This document shows, piece by piece, positions 14,770-23,292 of a stretch of 62,688 bases of DNA. The first letter of the stretch is position 1, and every line of letters begins with the position of its first letter. The translations under genes were made by a program, and so were the position numbers. The notes beneath the pieces are model-generated. The model did not search any database. It saw only the letters and a program-made list of their open reading frames with translations, and was not told the origin of the DNA. This DNA is from Nitrospira sp. GTDB taxonomy: Bacteria; Nitrospirota; Nitrospiria; Nitrospirales; Nitrospiraceae. Location of the stretch: NCBI GenBank assembly GCA_031405355.1, contig JANNIV010000266.1, positions 1-62,688 of the forward strand, written 5' to 3'.

Positions 14770-15264
14770 ATGAAGTGTTGGTATGCGGTGAGTACGAAAA
14801 TGCGCTCTGAAGTCACGGCCTGCGCCAGCCTCGACCGCTTGGGCATAGAAGTCTTTCTTCCGATGCTGAGGGAGCGGAAAGCGCTTCGTGGAGAGTGCTG
14901 TTTAAGGACATCGCCCTTGTTCCCAGGGTATTTGTTCGCGAAGTTTGACGCGTCGAGTCAGTTGCGAGCGGTGGCGTATGCCCAGGGAGTCAAGAGTATC
15001 GTGACATTCGGCAGCGGCCCCTCCATGGTCGATGAGTCGATTGTTCACGCCATTCGTAGCCAAGCCATAAATGGAGCGATTGAATTCTCTGAGAACCGGT
15101 TTATTCCCGGGCAAGTGGTACGAATACAGGATGGACCATTGTGTGGGTTGGAAGCAGTCTTCGAAAAGAAATTAGATGGGGTCAGCAGGGTAGTGCTGCT
15201 CCTGAAGGCCATTTCATTCCAGGCTCGAGTGATCCTTGACTCTCAGCTTGTTGTAAATAGGTGA
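14770..15264 (+). CDS. NusG-family transcription antiterminator paralog (RfaH/UpxY-like)
   Basis: MKCWYAVSTKMRSE...FLPM...SPLFPGYLFAKF forms the NGN domain. GQVVRIQDGPLCGLEAVFEKK forms the KOW motif. The ORF opens earlier (14620/14686), but the family normally starts a few residues before the WYA motif. Confidence 0.75.
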   Translation: MKCWYAVSTKMRSEVTACASLDRLGIEVFLPMLRERKALRGECCLRTSPLFPGYLFAKFDASSQLRAVAYAQGVKSIVTFGSGPSMVDESIVHAIRSQAINGAIEFSENRFIPGQVVRIQDGPLCGLEAVFEKKLDGVSRVVLLLKAISFQARVILDSQLVVNR

Positions 15265-15443
15265 AATTCTAGATGACGCACGCGTACTTGGTAGGGAGTT
15301 TTTGATCGTGGGCAGGAACCCGACTCTGTGCGTGGCCCTGTCAGTCGTGATGTTGGCGGTACGGGAATCTGTTTCACAATAAGAGATGAAAGCCGGCGTG
15401 TGTCGCCGGAATGGCGGCAGCTTGTCAGTGAGGAGGTGAGAGC

Positions 15444-17288
15444 ATGTATATACTTGGCATTTCTGCGTACTACCACGACAGCGCCGCTTGCCTGGTCCAC
15501 GATGGCGAGATTGTGGCGGCGGCCCAAGAAGAGCGGTTTACCCGCAAGAAGCACGATCCGGGATTCCCCCGCCGCGCGGTGGAATATTGTCTGGCCCAGG
15601 CCGGGATCGGCATCAAGGATCTGAAATATGTCGTGTTTTACGACAAGCCGCTGATCAAGTTTGAGCGGCTATTGGAAACGTACGTGGACTTCGCGCCCAA
15701 AGGAATTCAATCGTTCCTGGCTGCCATGCCCGTGTGGTTGAAAGAGAAACTCCTGCTGCGGACCGTGCTGCAAAAAGAAGTGTTGGCCTGTGCGCCCGGC
15801 CTCAGCAAATCGGCCTTGCCGGAGTTCCTCTTTGGCGAACATCATGAGTCCCATGCCGCGTCGGCCTTCTACGCCTCCCCCTACGAGCGGGCGGGGGTGC
15901 TCTGCATGGACGGGGTCGGCGAGTGGGCGACGACGTCAGCGTGGCTGGGGGAGGGCAACAAGCTGACTCCGCTGTGGGAGATTCCCTTTCCGCACTCGAT
16001 CGGGCTGCTGTATTCGGCCTTCACCTATTATACGGGGTTCAAGGTCAATTCCGGGGAATACAAAGTCATGGGGTTGGCGCCGTACGGAGAGCCGAAGTAC
16101 GTCAAGGCCATCTACGAACATCTGATCGATCTCAAGCCGGACGGCACGTTCAGAATGAACATGGAGTTTTTCAACTACTGCACGGGCTTGACCATGACGA
16201 GCCGGAAGTTCGACGGCATATTCGGCGGCCCTCCGCGTAAACCAGAATCCAAGTTCGGGCAGCGGGAAATGGATTTGGCTCGTTCGATTCAGGAGGTGAC
16301 TGAGGAAGTGATGCTGCGGCTGTCGCGGACGATGCACCGGGAAACGGGCGTGGAGCATCTCTGTTTGGCCGGCGGTGTGGCGCTCAATTGTGTGGGCAAT
16401 GGCCGGGTTCTTCGCGAGGGGCCCTTTGCCGGGATTTGGATTCAGCCGGCTGCCGGCGATGCCGGCGGCGCCGTGGGCGCGGCGCTGAGCGTATGGCACC
16501 AGTATGAGAACCAGCCCAGGATCTCGGACAATGTCCACGACAAGATGAAGGGGAGCTACCTCGGCCCGGCCTTCAGCAATGAGGACGTCGAAGTCAGGTT
16601 GAAAGGGATTGGAGCGGTCTATTGTCGAATCGAAGAGACGGAGTTGTATGGGCGGGTGGCCGAGGAGTTGGCCGAGGGCAAGGTCGTGGGGTGGCACCAG
16701 GGACGGATGGAGTTTGGGCCACGCTCGCTGGGCGGGCGCAGCATTCTCGGCGATGCGCGGAACACGAAAATGCAATCCGTGTTGAACCTCAAGATCAAGT
16801 ATCGGGAGTCGTTCAGACCCTTTGCGCCGTCGGTGTTGCGAGAACGGGTGTCGGACTATTTCCAAATGAACTGCGATAGCCCCTACATGCTGCTCGTGGC
16901 GCCCGTGCTTGCGAAGCGACGATTGCCCTTCGATCCTGGGAAGAAGGAGCTCTGGGGCATTGATCTCCTCAATGTGCCGCGTTCGGATATTCCGTCCGTC
17001 ACGCACATCGACTACTCGGCCCGAGTCCAGACGGTTCATGAAGAGACGAACCCACGCTACTATAAGTTGCTCAAGGCGTTTGAGGCGAAGACGGGCTATG
17101 CCACCTGTGTGAATACGTCGTTTAACGTGCGAGGCGAACCCATTGTATGCACGCCGGAGGATGCCTATCGCTGTTTCATGCGGACGGAGATGGATGTCCT
17201 GGTGATCGAGAATTACGTGCTGCGGAAAGAGGATCAGAAGCCCCTGGAAGGGGACTCGGATTGGAAGAAAGAATTCGAACTCGATTAG
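15444..17288 (+). CDS. Carbamoyltransferase (NodU/CmcH family)
   Basis: 614 aa. N-terminus MYILGISAYYHDSAACLV...AAQEERFTRKKHD, plus the C-terminal domain NTSFNVRGEPIVCTPEDA. Confidence 0.92.
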   Translation: MYILGISAYYHDSAACLVHDGEIVAAAQEERFTRKKHDPGFPRRAVEYCLAQAGIGIKDLKYVVFYDKPLIKFERLLETYVDFAPKGIQSFLAAMPVWLKEKLLLRTVLQKEVLACAPGLSKSALPEFLFGEHHESHAASAFYASPYERAGVLCMDGVGEWATTSAWLGEGNKLTPLWEIPFPHSIGLLYSAFTYYTGFKVNSGEYKVMGLAPYGEPKYVKAIYEHLIDLKPDGTFRMNMEFFNYCTGLTMTSRKFDGIFGGPPRKPESKFGQREMDLARSIQEVTEEVMLRLSRTMHRETGVEHLCLAGGVALNCVGNGRVLREGPFAGIWIQPAAGDAGGAVGAALSVWHQYENQPRISDNVHDKMKGSYLGPAFSNEDVEVRLKGIGAVYCRIEETELYGRVAEELAEGKVVGWHQGRMEFGPRSLGGRSILGDARNTKMQSVLNLKIKYRESFRPFAPSVLRERVSDYFQMNCDSPYMLLVAPVLAKRRLPFDPGKKELWGIDLLNVPRSDIPSVTHIDYSARVQTVHEETNPRYYKLLKAFEAKTGYATCVNTSFNVRGEPIVCTPEDAYRCFMRTEMDVLVIENYVLRKEDQKPLEGDSDWKKEFELD

Positions 17289-17309
17289 CTGAACGGGGGG
17301 AGAGAGACC

Positions 17310-17705
17310 ATGGAACAAGCAGCCACAAGGAAAGAGCTTCGTCAGTTTGGGCTATTGGTCGGCGCGGTCTTCACCGTGATCGGCTTCTGGCCGCTCGTCT
17401 TTCGGGGCGAGCCGTTCCGGCTCTGGGCGATCGGCCTCGGTGGGACCCTGATCCTGTTCGGCGCCATACTGCCCCAGGTCTTGGGGCCGATCCACAAAGG
17501 GTGGATGTGGGTCGGGCATATTCTTGGATGGATCAATACACGGATTCTGCTCAGTATCGTGTTTTATGGGATCGTGACGCCGATGGGCCTCATCTTTCGT
17601 CTTCTGGGGAAGAAATCGATGCGGCAGACATTTGCCGAATCGAGCACGACCTACAGAGTGGTTCGAGCTCCGCGACCCCATTCCCATATGAAATATCAAT
17701 TTTGA
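17310..17705 (+). CDS. SxtJ-like small membrane protein
   Basis: 131 aa with 3-4 TM segments (LRQFGLLVGAVFTVIGFWPL...). From memory, it sits immediately after the carbamoyltransferase in other loci in the same way. Confidence 0.65.
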   Translation: MEQAATRKELRQFGLLVGAVFTVIGFWPLVFRGEPFRLWAIGLGGTLILFGAILPQVLGPIHKGWMWVGHILGWINTRILLSIVFYGIVTPMGLIFRLLGKKSMRQTFAESSTTYRVVRAPRPHSHMKYQF

Positions 17706-17731
17706 GCCTAACCAGTGGAAGGAGGTGTGCC

Positions 17732-17884
17732 ATGGGCGAGTTTGTGATGGAACTCTGGGCTTTCATGAGGGAACGGAAGAAATTCTGGCTCCTTCCCATC
17801 GTTACGGTGTTGGTGCTGCTTGGCAGTCTGATAGTCCTGACGCAGGGTTCGGCTGTCGCGCCATTCATTTACACCCTGTTCTAA
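17732..17884 (+). CDS. DUF5989-like small membrane protein
   Basis: 50 aa: MGEFVMELWAFMRERKKFWLLPIVTVLVLLGSLIVLTQGSAVAPFIYTLF. GGAAGGAGG RBS lies 5 nt upstream. Only the tail of the 245-aa track ORF 17147..17884 is coding. Confidence 0.6.
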   Translation: MGEFVMELWAFMRERKKFWLLPIVTVLVLLGSLIVLTQGSAVAPFIYTLF

Positions 17885-18005
17885 CTCGATTGAGTTTGGG
17901 GGCGGGGTACAGTTCGGATCGCGCGCGTCTCGCTCACGAGGTGTCGCTGTCGATCAACAGGTAATGAATGGGAGTGAGTTGTTATTAAAACAAGGAGAGT
18001 GACTC

Positions 18006-18845
18006 ATGATCACCGACACTCATAAATCCAACGGAAAGATCCGGCACACACGCGATTATATGTGTGAGATCGGCGTGGTTGAACTCCCTCCGCTCACCAG
18101 CCCATTTGATCCAGGCTATGATCCGGTCACGCTGGAGAGTCACCTGGAGCAGAGCAGGCATTTGATCTCCTCGCTGAAAATTTCGATGGCCTGCTGGCAG
18201 GTTGCCAGCGAGATGGCGACACGCAAAAAGGTCGATGCGGCGCGGCGCCTCAATGTTCCCGTCTGCACGGGAGGGGGGCCATTCGAGATCGCTGTCTATT
18301 TCAAAAAACTTCCGGAGTTTCTCGACCTCTGCGCCGACATCGGTGTGACGGGGATCGAAGCAGGGGCGGGATTCATCGAGAATGTTCTGAACCCCCACGA
18401 AGTCGTGCGTCTCGCTTCCGAACGCGGGCTTACTGTCCAGTTCGAGATCGGCGAGAAGCATGGAGGAACGTTTACAGAGGATGTAGTGACGGAACTGGTC
18501 GACCAGGGAAAGCGCTGGCTCGATGCCGGGGCGGGCAAGATTGTGGTCGAAGGGCGTGAGAGCGCGCAAGACGTAGGCCTGTTTGACGGAAAAGGCAAGT
18601 TGAACGCGGGATTCGCGGAGCGGTTCGTCGAGGCCTACGGGATGGACCGGACAATCTTCGAGGCGCCGAACAAGCCAAGTCAATTTGCGCTGCTCAATCA
18701 TTTCGGCCCACGTGTGCATCTCAGTAACGTCCGGTTGGAAGAATTGCTGCGGGTGGAGATTTATCGCAGGGGATTGCACTCCGATGCGTTTCAGCAAATG
18801 ATCTTGCGGCCCAAGGGGCCTGCCCAAAACGGTCTATACGCGTAG
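18006..18845 (+). CDS. comA: (2R)-phospho-3-sulfolactate synthase (ComA family)
   Basis: VVEGRESAQDVGLFDGKGKL and TIFEAPNKPSQFALLNHFGPRVHLSNVRLEELLRVEIYRRGL align block for block with archaeal ComA as I recall it (IIEGRESGKGKGLFDKEGKV; VIFEAPQKSQQVAFILKFG..VNLANI...LETLRRGL). AAGGAGAG RBS. Confidence 0.85.
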   Translation: MITDTHKSNGKIRHTRDYMCEIGVVELPPLTSPFDPGYDPVTLESHLEQSRHLISSLKISMACWQVASEMATRKKVDAARRLNVPVCTGGGPFEIAVYFKKLPEFLDLCADIGVTGIEAGAGFIENVLNPHEVVRLASERGLTVQFEIGEKHGGTFTEDVVTELVDQGKRWLDAGAGKIVVEGRESAQDVGLFDGKGKLNAGFAERFVEAYGMDRTIFEAPNKPSQFALLNHFGPRVHLSNVRLEELLRVEIYRRGLHSDAFQQMILRPKGPAQNGLYA

Positions 18846-18919
18846 GAGGCTGCGGAAAAACGTGATTTATGAATAAAGCGTCAGTGAAATCTTACGTATG
18901 GCACTGATGTCACATTAAT

Positions 18920-19046
18920 CACAGAATGCTCAAAAAGGCCATCCAGCAAGGCCGCAGCGAGCGAAGGGGCGAGGCGTACGCTTCGGTACGTTGAGCCTCT
19001 GAGTGATGCGAGAACGCCGCTGGTGGACTTTTTCAGCATCTTGCTA
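18920..19046. mobile_element. MITE-like element, family 2, copy 1 (between comA and comB)
   Basis: Terminal inverted repeats CAGAATGCTCAAAAAGGCC / GGACTTTTTCAGCATCTTGCTA. Core is CAAGGCCGCAGCGAGCGAAGGGGCGAGGCGTAC-GCTTCG-GTACGTTGAGCC. Homologous copies lie at 44493-44795, 53727-53829 and 62519-62646. Confidence 0.8.
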
Positions 19047-19055
19047 GGAGGGAGC

Positions 19056-19793
19056 ATGAGAGGCTCAGTGGTCATCGACTCATTTCCGGAGAGCGCAGAA
19101 CGGTATCGGGAAGGGTATGCCATTGTCGTGGTGGACGTGATTCGAGCGACGACCACGGCGACTACGGCGGTCAATCTTGGACGGAGTGTGTTTCCGGCAC
19201 AGACGACCGATGAGGCGTTCCGTATTGCGTCGAGGCTCAAGGAGCCGCTCCTTGTAGGAGAATTGGGCGGGAATATGCCTGTGGGCTTCGATGTGAACAA
19301 TAGTCCGGCGAAGATTGCAGAACGAACCGACGTGCATCGACCGATGGTGTTAGTGTCCTCGTCCGGAACGCAATTGCTGTTGAATGCGGTCGGAGCCGAG
19401 GCTGTGTATGCCGCATGCTTTAGGAATTTCTCCGCCGTCGCCCGTCATCTGTCCGGTAGGCATCGTCGGATTGCCGTTCTCGGGGCTGGGACTCGAAACC
19501 AGTTCCGCCGAGAGGACCAGATGGGATGCGCCTGGGTTGCCGAACAGCTGGTGGCATCGGGCTATATTCCTGAGACCGAGGCGACGAGCGAGTATATCTC
19601 CCACTGGAGCGGGAAGAGCCCGGAGGAAGTTCGCGGAGGGAGAAGCGCGGCATATCTGAGGCAGTCGGGCCAGGAAGTGGATTTGGAGTTCGTGCTCAGC
19701 CACATCGACGATCTCGACACAGTGCCTTCCTTGGTCAATGGTGGATTGGAGCCTGCCGCAGCGCGCAGAGAGGCGCTCCGTTTGTCGATCTAA
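19056..19793 (+). CDS. comB: 2-phosphosulfolactate phosphatase (ComB family)
   Basis: VVVDVIRATTTATTAV is the ComB signature. ATG 19056 is preceded by GGAGGGAG. The track start at 19023 lies inside the MITE and is probably spurious. Confidence 0.8.
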   Translation: MRGSVVIDSFPESAERYREGYAIVVVDVIRATTTATTAVNLGRSVFPAQTTDEAFRIASRLKEPLLVGELGGNMPVGFDVNNSPAKIAERTDVHRPMVLVSSSGTQLLLNAVGAEAVYAACFRNFSAVARHLSGRHRRIAVLGAGTRNQFRREDQMGCAWVAEQLVASGYIPETEATSEYISHWSGKSPEEVRGGRSAAYLRQSGQEVDLEFVLSHIDDLDTVPSLVNGGLEPAAARREALRLSI

Positions 19794-19849
19794 TCGGGAC
19801 GTTCCTAATCCAAAAGGCGGAAACCACGTTGCGAATTCAGAATACATCG

Positions 19850-21040
19850 ATGCCGGTGGTGGTCGTAAACTGCAAACTTGGGGCGCTGGCCATCATGCGC
19901 AGTCTGGGAGAGCAGGGTGTCCCGGTCTACGGAGTCGATGCCGACCCCCGATCTCCAGGGATGCTCTCACGGTACTGCAAGCAGAGCTTCCTCTATGGAT
20001 ACGATGAAGCCCACCCAGAGCGGTTTCTGGAAGAGCTCCTGAGGGTCGGGAAGGAAGTCGGACGCACATCGATCTTGATCCCGACATCGGATGAGACCGC
20101 TGTCTTTGTCACCGAGTATGCCGAGCCGTTGAGCCGATGGTTTATCTTCCCTGCTAACGCCCCGAGTTTGATGCGGGAGCTGATCAGCAAGAAAGGGATG
20201 TATGATCTGGTTGCCCGGCACGGGGTTCCTACCCCCTTCACTCTGTTCCCTGAACGGCTGGAAGATGTGGAGGCCTCTCTGCACAGAGTCAAGTTTCCGC
20301 TGATGTTAAAAGGGATTTTCGGAAACCGTCTGCAAGCGCGCGGCAAGAAGAAGATGGTCGTAGTCCATTCGGAGAAAGAGTTGCTTGCACAGTATAAGGA
20401 GATGGAGGAGCCGGGCTTTCCCAACCTGATGCTTCAAGAGTATATCCCCGGGGGAGATGACCAAATCTTCATGTTCAACGGGTACTTCAATGGAACTTCC
20501 GATTGCCCGATCGGTCTCACTGGATACAAAGTCAGGCAGTTTCCGATCCACGTCGGCTGTACCTCGCTCGGAGAGTGCCGTTGGAATGAGGCGGTCGGCA
20601 AAGTGACGATGCAGTTCATGAAAGCGATTCATTACCGAGGAGTCCTCGATATCGGGTATCGATTCGATCCCCGCGACGGCCAGTACAAGGTGCTCGACAT
20701 CAACCCGCGGGTCGGTCAGGCGTTCCGTCTTTTCGTCGCCGAGGACGACATGGATGTGGTCAAAGCGCTCTATCTCGATCTTACAGGCCAGAAGCAGCCG
20801 ATGATCATTCCAAGGGAGGGTCGTCGCTGGATGATCGAGGATTTCGATCTGATCTCCTCGAACGATTATTATCAGGAGGGGACCTTATCCTTTGGGGACT
20901 GGTTCCGGTCATTGAAGGGTTTGGAGGAGGCGGCCTGGTTTAACAGGAAAGACTTAAGGCCATTTTTCGTGATGGCCTGGGGGTTGCTCAAGCGGATGCG
21001 TTCATGGTCAGGCAGAACGATCGCTCGCAGGGCATCATGA
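19850..21040 (+). CDS. ATP-grasp carboxylate-amine ligase (COG3919-like)
   Basis: MPVVVVNCKLGALAIMRSLGEQGVPVYGVD is the pre-ATP-grasp domain. FPLMLKG..., MLQEYIPGGDD and VLDINPR are ATP-grasp blocks. Confidence 0.8.
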   Translation: MPVVVVNCKLGALAIMRSLGEQGVPVYGVDADPRSPGMLSRYCKQSFLYGYDEAHPERFLEELLRVGKEVGRTSILIPTSDETAVFVTEYAEPLSRWFIFPANAPSLMRELISKKGMYDLVARHGVPTPFTLFPERLEDVEASLHRVKFPLMLKGIFGNRLQARGKKKMVVVHSEKELLAQYKEMEEPGFPNLMLQEYIPGGDDQIFMFNGYFNGTSDCPIGLTGYKVRQFPIHVGCTSLGECRWNEAVGKVTMQFMKAIHYRGVLDIGYRFDPRDGQYKVLDINPRVGQAFRLFVAEDDMDVVKALYLDLTGQKQPMIIPREGRRWMIEDFDLISSNDYYQEGTLSFGDWFRSLKGLEEAAWFNRKDLRPFFVMAWGLLKRMRSWSGRTIARRAS

Positions 21041-22122
21041 ATAATTCGATCTTAGAGTTCGAAAGATTGGTCTTGCGATTTCGGAAGCTGTGGGAGGAGA
21101 AGCGGAACACGTCGAGCCAGGTGTACTTCGAGCACAGGGTTTCTGAGTATCGAGAGATGTGGGGTGCTATTGCCCATCATCTTGGAGGAACGTTTCATGT
21201 GCTCGCCGAAGACATTTGGGAACTGGATCTTGGCGATCAGGCGATCCGAATCAACAATCATCAGTTAGAGCTCGACAATCCTGTTACGCTGGCTTTGGCA
21301 GGGAAGAAGCCCCTTGTTCATCTCCTATTGAAGCGGCAGGGAATTGCCGTTCCAGACTACATTGTGTTCCAACGAACTAATCTCACTGTAGCCTATCATT
21401 TTCTGGACCGATATCCGAATGGCTGTGTGGTAAAGCCTGCAGACGGCTATGGAGGGAAAGGGGTCACAACCCATATCCAGACAAGGCCTGAATGCCGGAA
21501 GGCCATCATTTTGGCGTCATTGTATAGCAATGAACTATTGATGGAGCCGCAAATTCCAGGGGAGTCTTACCGGATACTCGTCATCGAAGGAAAGGTGGCC
21601 AATATAGTCCGACGGAAGGGGCTTTCCCTTGCGGGGGATGGTAAAAGAACGGTGATAGATCTGATCACGTCGGAAAACAATCGAAGGTGCGAACAACGAA
21701 GAGAGGCGCTGGCCAATGATCGCGACAGCCGGTTCCATCTCAAACACTATGGGCTTTCACTTGAGTCGATCCCTGAGGACGGGTTCAGCTTTATGATTAA
21801 GAGTGTCGATGAAGCCTCAAAACAAACGGTCGAGAATCGTACGGTCTATAACGAGGATGTAACAGACTTGGTATGTGATTCGATAAAAGGCGATGCGGAA
21901 TCAGCAGCGAAGATTATTCGATCCGACTTCCTCGGGGTTGATGTGATTACGACCGATCCCTCTTTGCCGCTTAAAGAAAGCGGCGGTGTCATCAATGAGG
22001 TGAATACGACACCGGCTCTTCATCATCATTATGACGTGAGTAAAGAGCCGTATCCAATGGTCGGCCTGACAGCAGTGGCCGCTCTCTTGAGGAAACAGTG
22101 TGTGAGTACTGGAGCTCGGTGA
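21037..22122 (+). CDS. ATP-grasp ligase (cyanophycin-synthetase N-domain / RimK-like)
   Basis: ATGA overlap with the previous gene. LLKRQGIAVPDY...CVVKPADGYGGKGV...YRILVIEGKV...INEVNTTPAL are ATP-grasp blocks. Confidence 0.7.
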   Translation: MNNSILEFERLVLRFRKLWEEKRNTSSQVYFEHRVSEYREMWGAIAHHLGGTFHVLAEDIWELDLGDQAIRINNHQLELDNPVTLALAGKKPLVHLLLKRQGIAVPDYIVFQRTNLTVAYHFLDRYPNGCVVKPADGYGGKGVTTHIQTRPECRKAIILASLYSNELLMEPQIPGESYRILVIEGKVANIVRRKGLSLAGDGKRTVIDLITSENNRRCEQRREALANDRDSRFHLKHYGLSLESIPEDGFSFMIKSVDEASKQTVENRTVYNEDVTDLVCDSIKGDAESAAKIIRSDFLGVDVITTDPSLPLKESGGVINEVNTTPALHHHYDVSKEPYPMVGLTAVAALLRKQCVSTGAR

Positions 22123-22204
22123 TTCGAGAAGATCGATTCCAGTGTGAGGATGACGCTCGTTACTCCCCTTTCGTGTCGACCACTCTTCGATCCGATCAGA
22201 AAAA

Positions 22205-23158
22205 ATGCAGAAAGAAAGAGTCGTCGCTATAGACCTGCTGAGAGTGATCGCTGTTTCCATGGTCATTCTCTCTCATGCGCTCATCACGCTCAGCTCATCT
22301 TGGCCAGGACCGGGTCAGGCCCACTTCGGACTCTTTCCCTTCTATTGGAATACGTGGGGGGAAATTGGCGTCACAATATTCTTGGTCATCAGCGGATTTG
22401 GACTTGGCTACACATATCGGGGGCAGCGGGTAGACTTGGCGCCCTTTGTCCTGAGAAGAGTCATAAGAATTTACCCGGTTTACTATTTTAGTTTGCTCTT
22501 TGCACTTGCCATCCACATCGGGATTGCAATACGAAGCAGCCTCCTTCACGACAGCCCGTTTAGCGTACTCCCAGGATTCGGATGGATGGATTTCATGTTA
22601 GCCCTCACCGGGCTTAACGCGTTTGCTGGAAAGTGGGGTGGCCCTCTCGTTTGGTCGAGCTGGTTTATCGGGCTGATCATGACGATGTATCTTTTCTATC
22701 CGCTTATCGCTCAAGGGCTGAAACGGTCTCCGTGGTTATGCTTGGGCCTGCTTTTCTGCATCAGCTATATTTCGAGAATTGTGGTTGCAGATTCAGAGAT
22801 ATTGTCCGGTAATCAGATGCATTGGTTCCCCCTCAACAGGGTATTTGAGTTTGGTGTTGGGGTTGCACTCGAGCAATCGATCCCACAAAGTGTGTTCGCC
22901 AGTACAAATGCAGGTTTACGGAATCTCGGATTTTTACCGTTCTGGGGCGATCTTTCCTTCCCGTTGTTCCTCATTCATGACCCCTTGCGTCAAGCTATGA
23001 CATGGGAACCTCGAACGCCTCTTTCCTCGCTGTTAGGGGTTGTTGTTTTTATCGCGGCCTCCGTTCTATTTAGTGTCGCGGCCTTGAAATTCAACGAACG
23101 CATGAAGGTTCTAATTGAGGGAAGATATCCTGCTCTCTCGAAATGCGTGATCGGTTAG
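22205..23158 (+). CDS. Membrane O-acyltransferase (acyltransferase-3 family)
   Basis: 317 aa, multi-TM. N-terminal RVVAIDLLRVIAVSMVILSHA is typical of the family. Confidence 0.8.
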   Translation: MQKERVVAIDLLRVIAVSMVILSHALITLSSSWPGPGQAHFGLFPFYWNTWGEIGVTIFLVISGFGLGYTYRGQRVDLAPFVLRRVIRIYPVYYFSLLFALAIHIGIAIRSSLLHDSPFSVLPGFGWMDFMLALTGLNAFAGKWGGPLVWSSWFIGLIMTMYLFYPLIAQGLKRSPWLCLGLLFCISYISRIVVADSEILSGNQMHWFPLNRVFEFGVGVALEQSIPQSVFASTNAGLRNLGFLPFWGDLSFPLFLIHDPLRQAMTWEPRTPLSSLLGVVVFIAASVLFSVAALKFNERMKVLIEGRYPALSKCVIG

Positions 23159-23292
23159 ATTGTCGTGGCGCTGTGTATGAGGAAGAGCTCGATACGCTCG
23201 AAGCAGTAGGCTGATACACGCGGGCATGGTCGTAACGCTGCTCAGGTGGGTTGCGCGGAAAACTTTGGGCTGAATGGCATAGAACGGGAGTC

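Noticed and set aside
15936-17318. Long antisense ORFs inside well-supported genes (15936..17318, 8515..9561, 17985..18827, 54847..55440, 52980..53711, 9637..10359 and many shorter ones)
   Set aside because: They lie opposite or out of frame to genes with strong family motifs. Their Arg/Pro/Gly-rich composition is typical of shadow ORFs in GC-rich coding DNA.
17147-17731. The first 195 codons of the 245-aa ORF 17147..17884
   Set aside because: This part overlaps the 3' end of the carbamoyltransferase and the entire SxtJ-like gene out of frame. Only the last 50 codons, which have their own RBS and ATG at 17732, look genuine.
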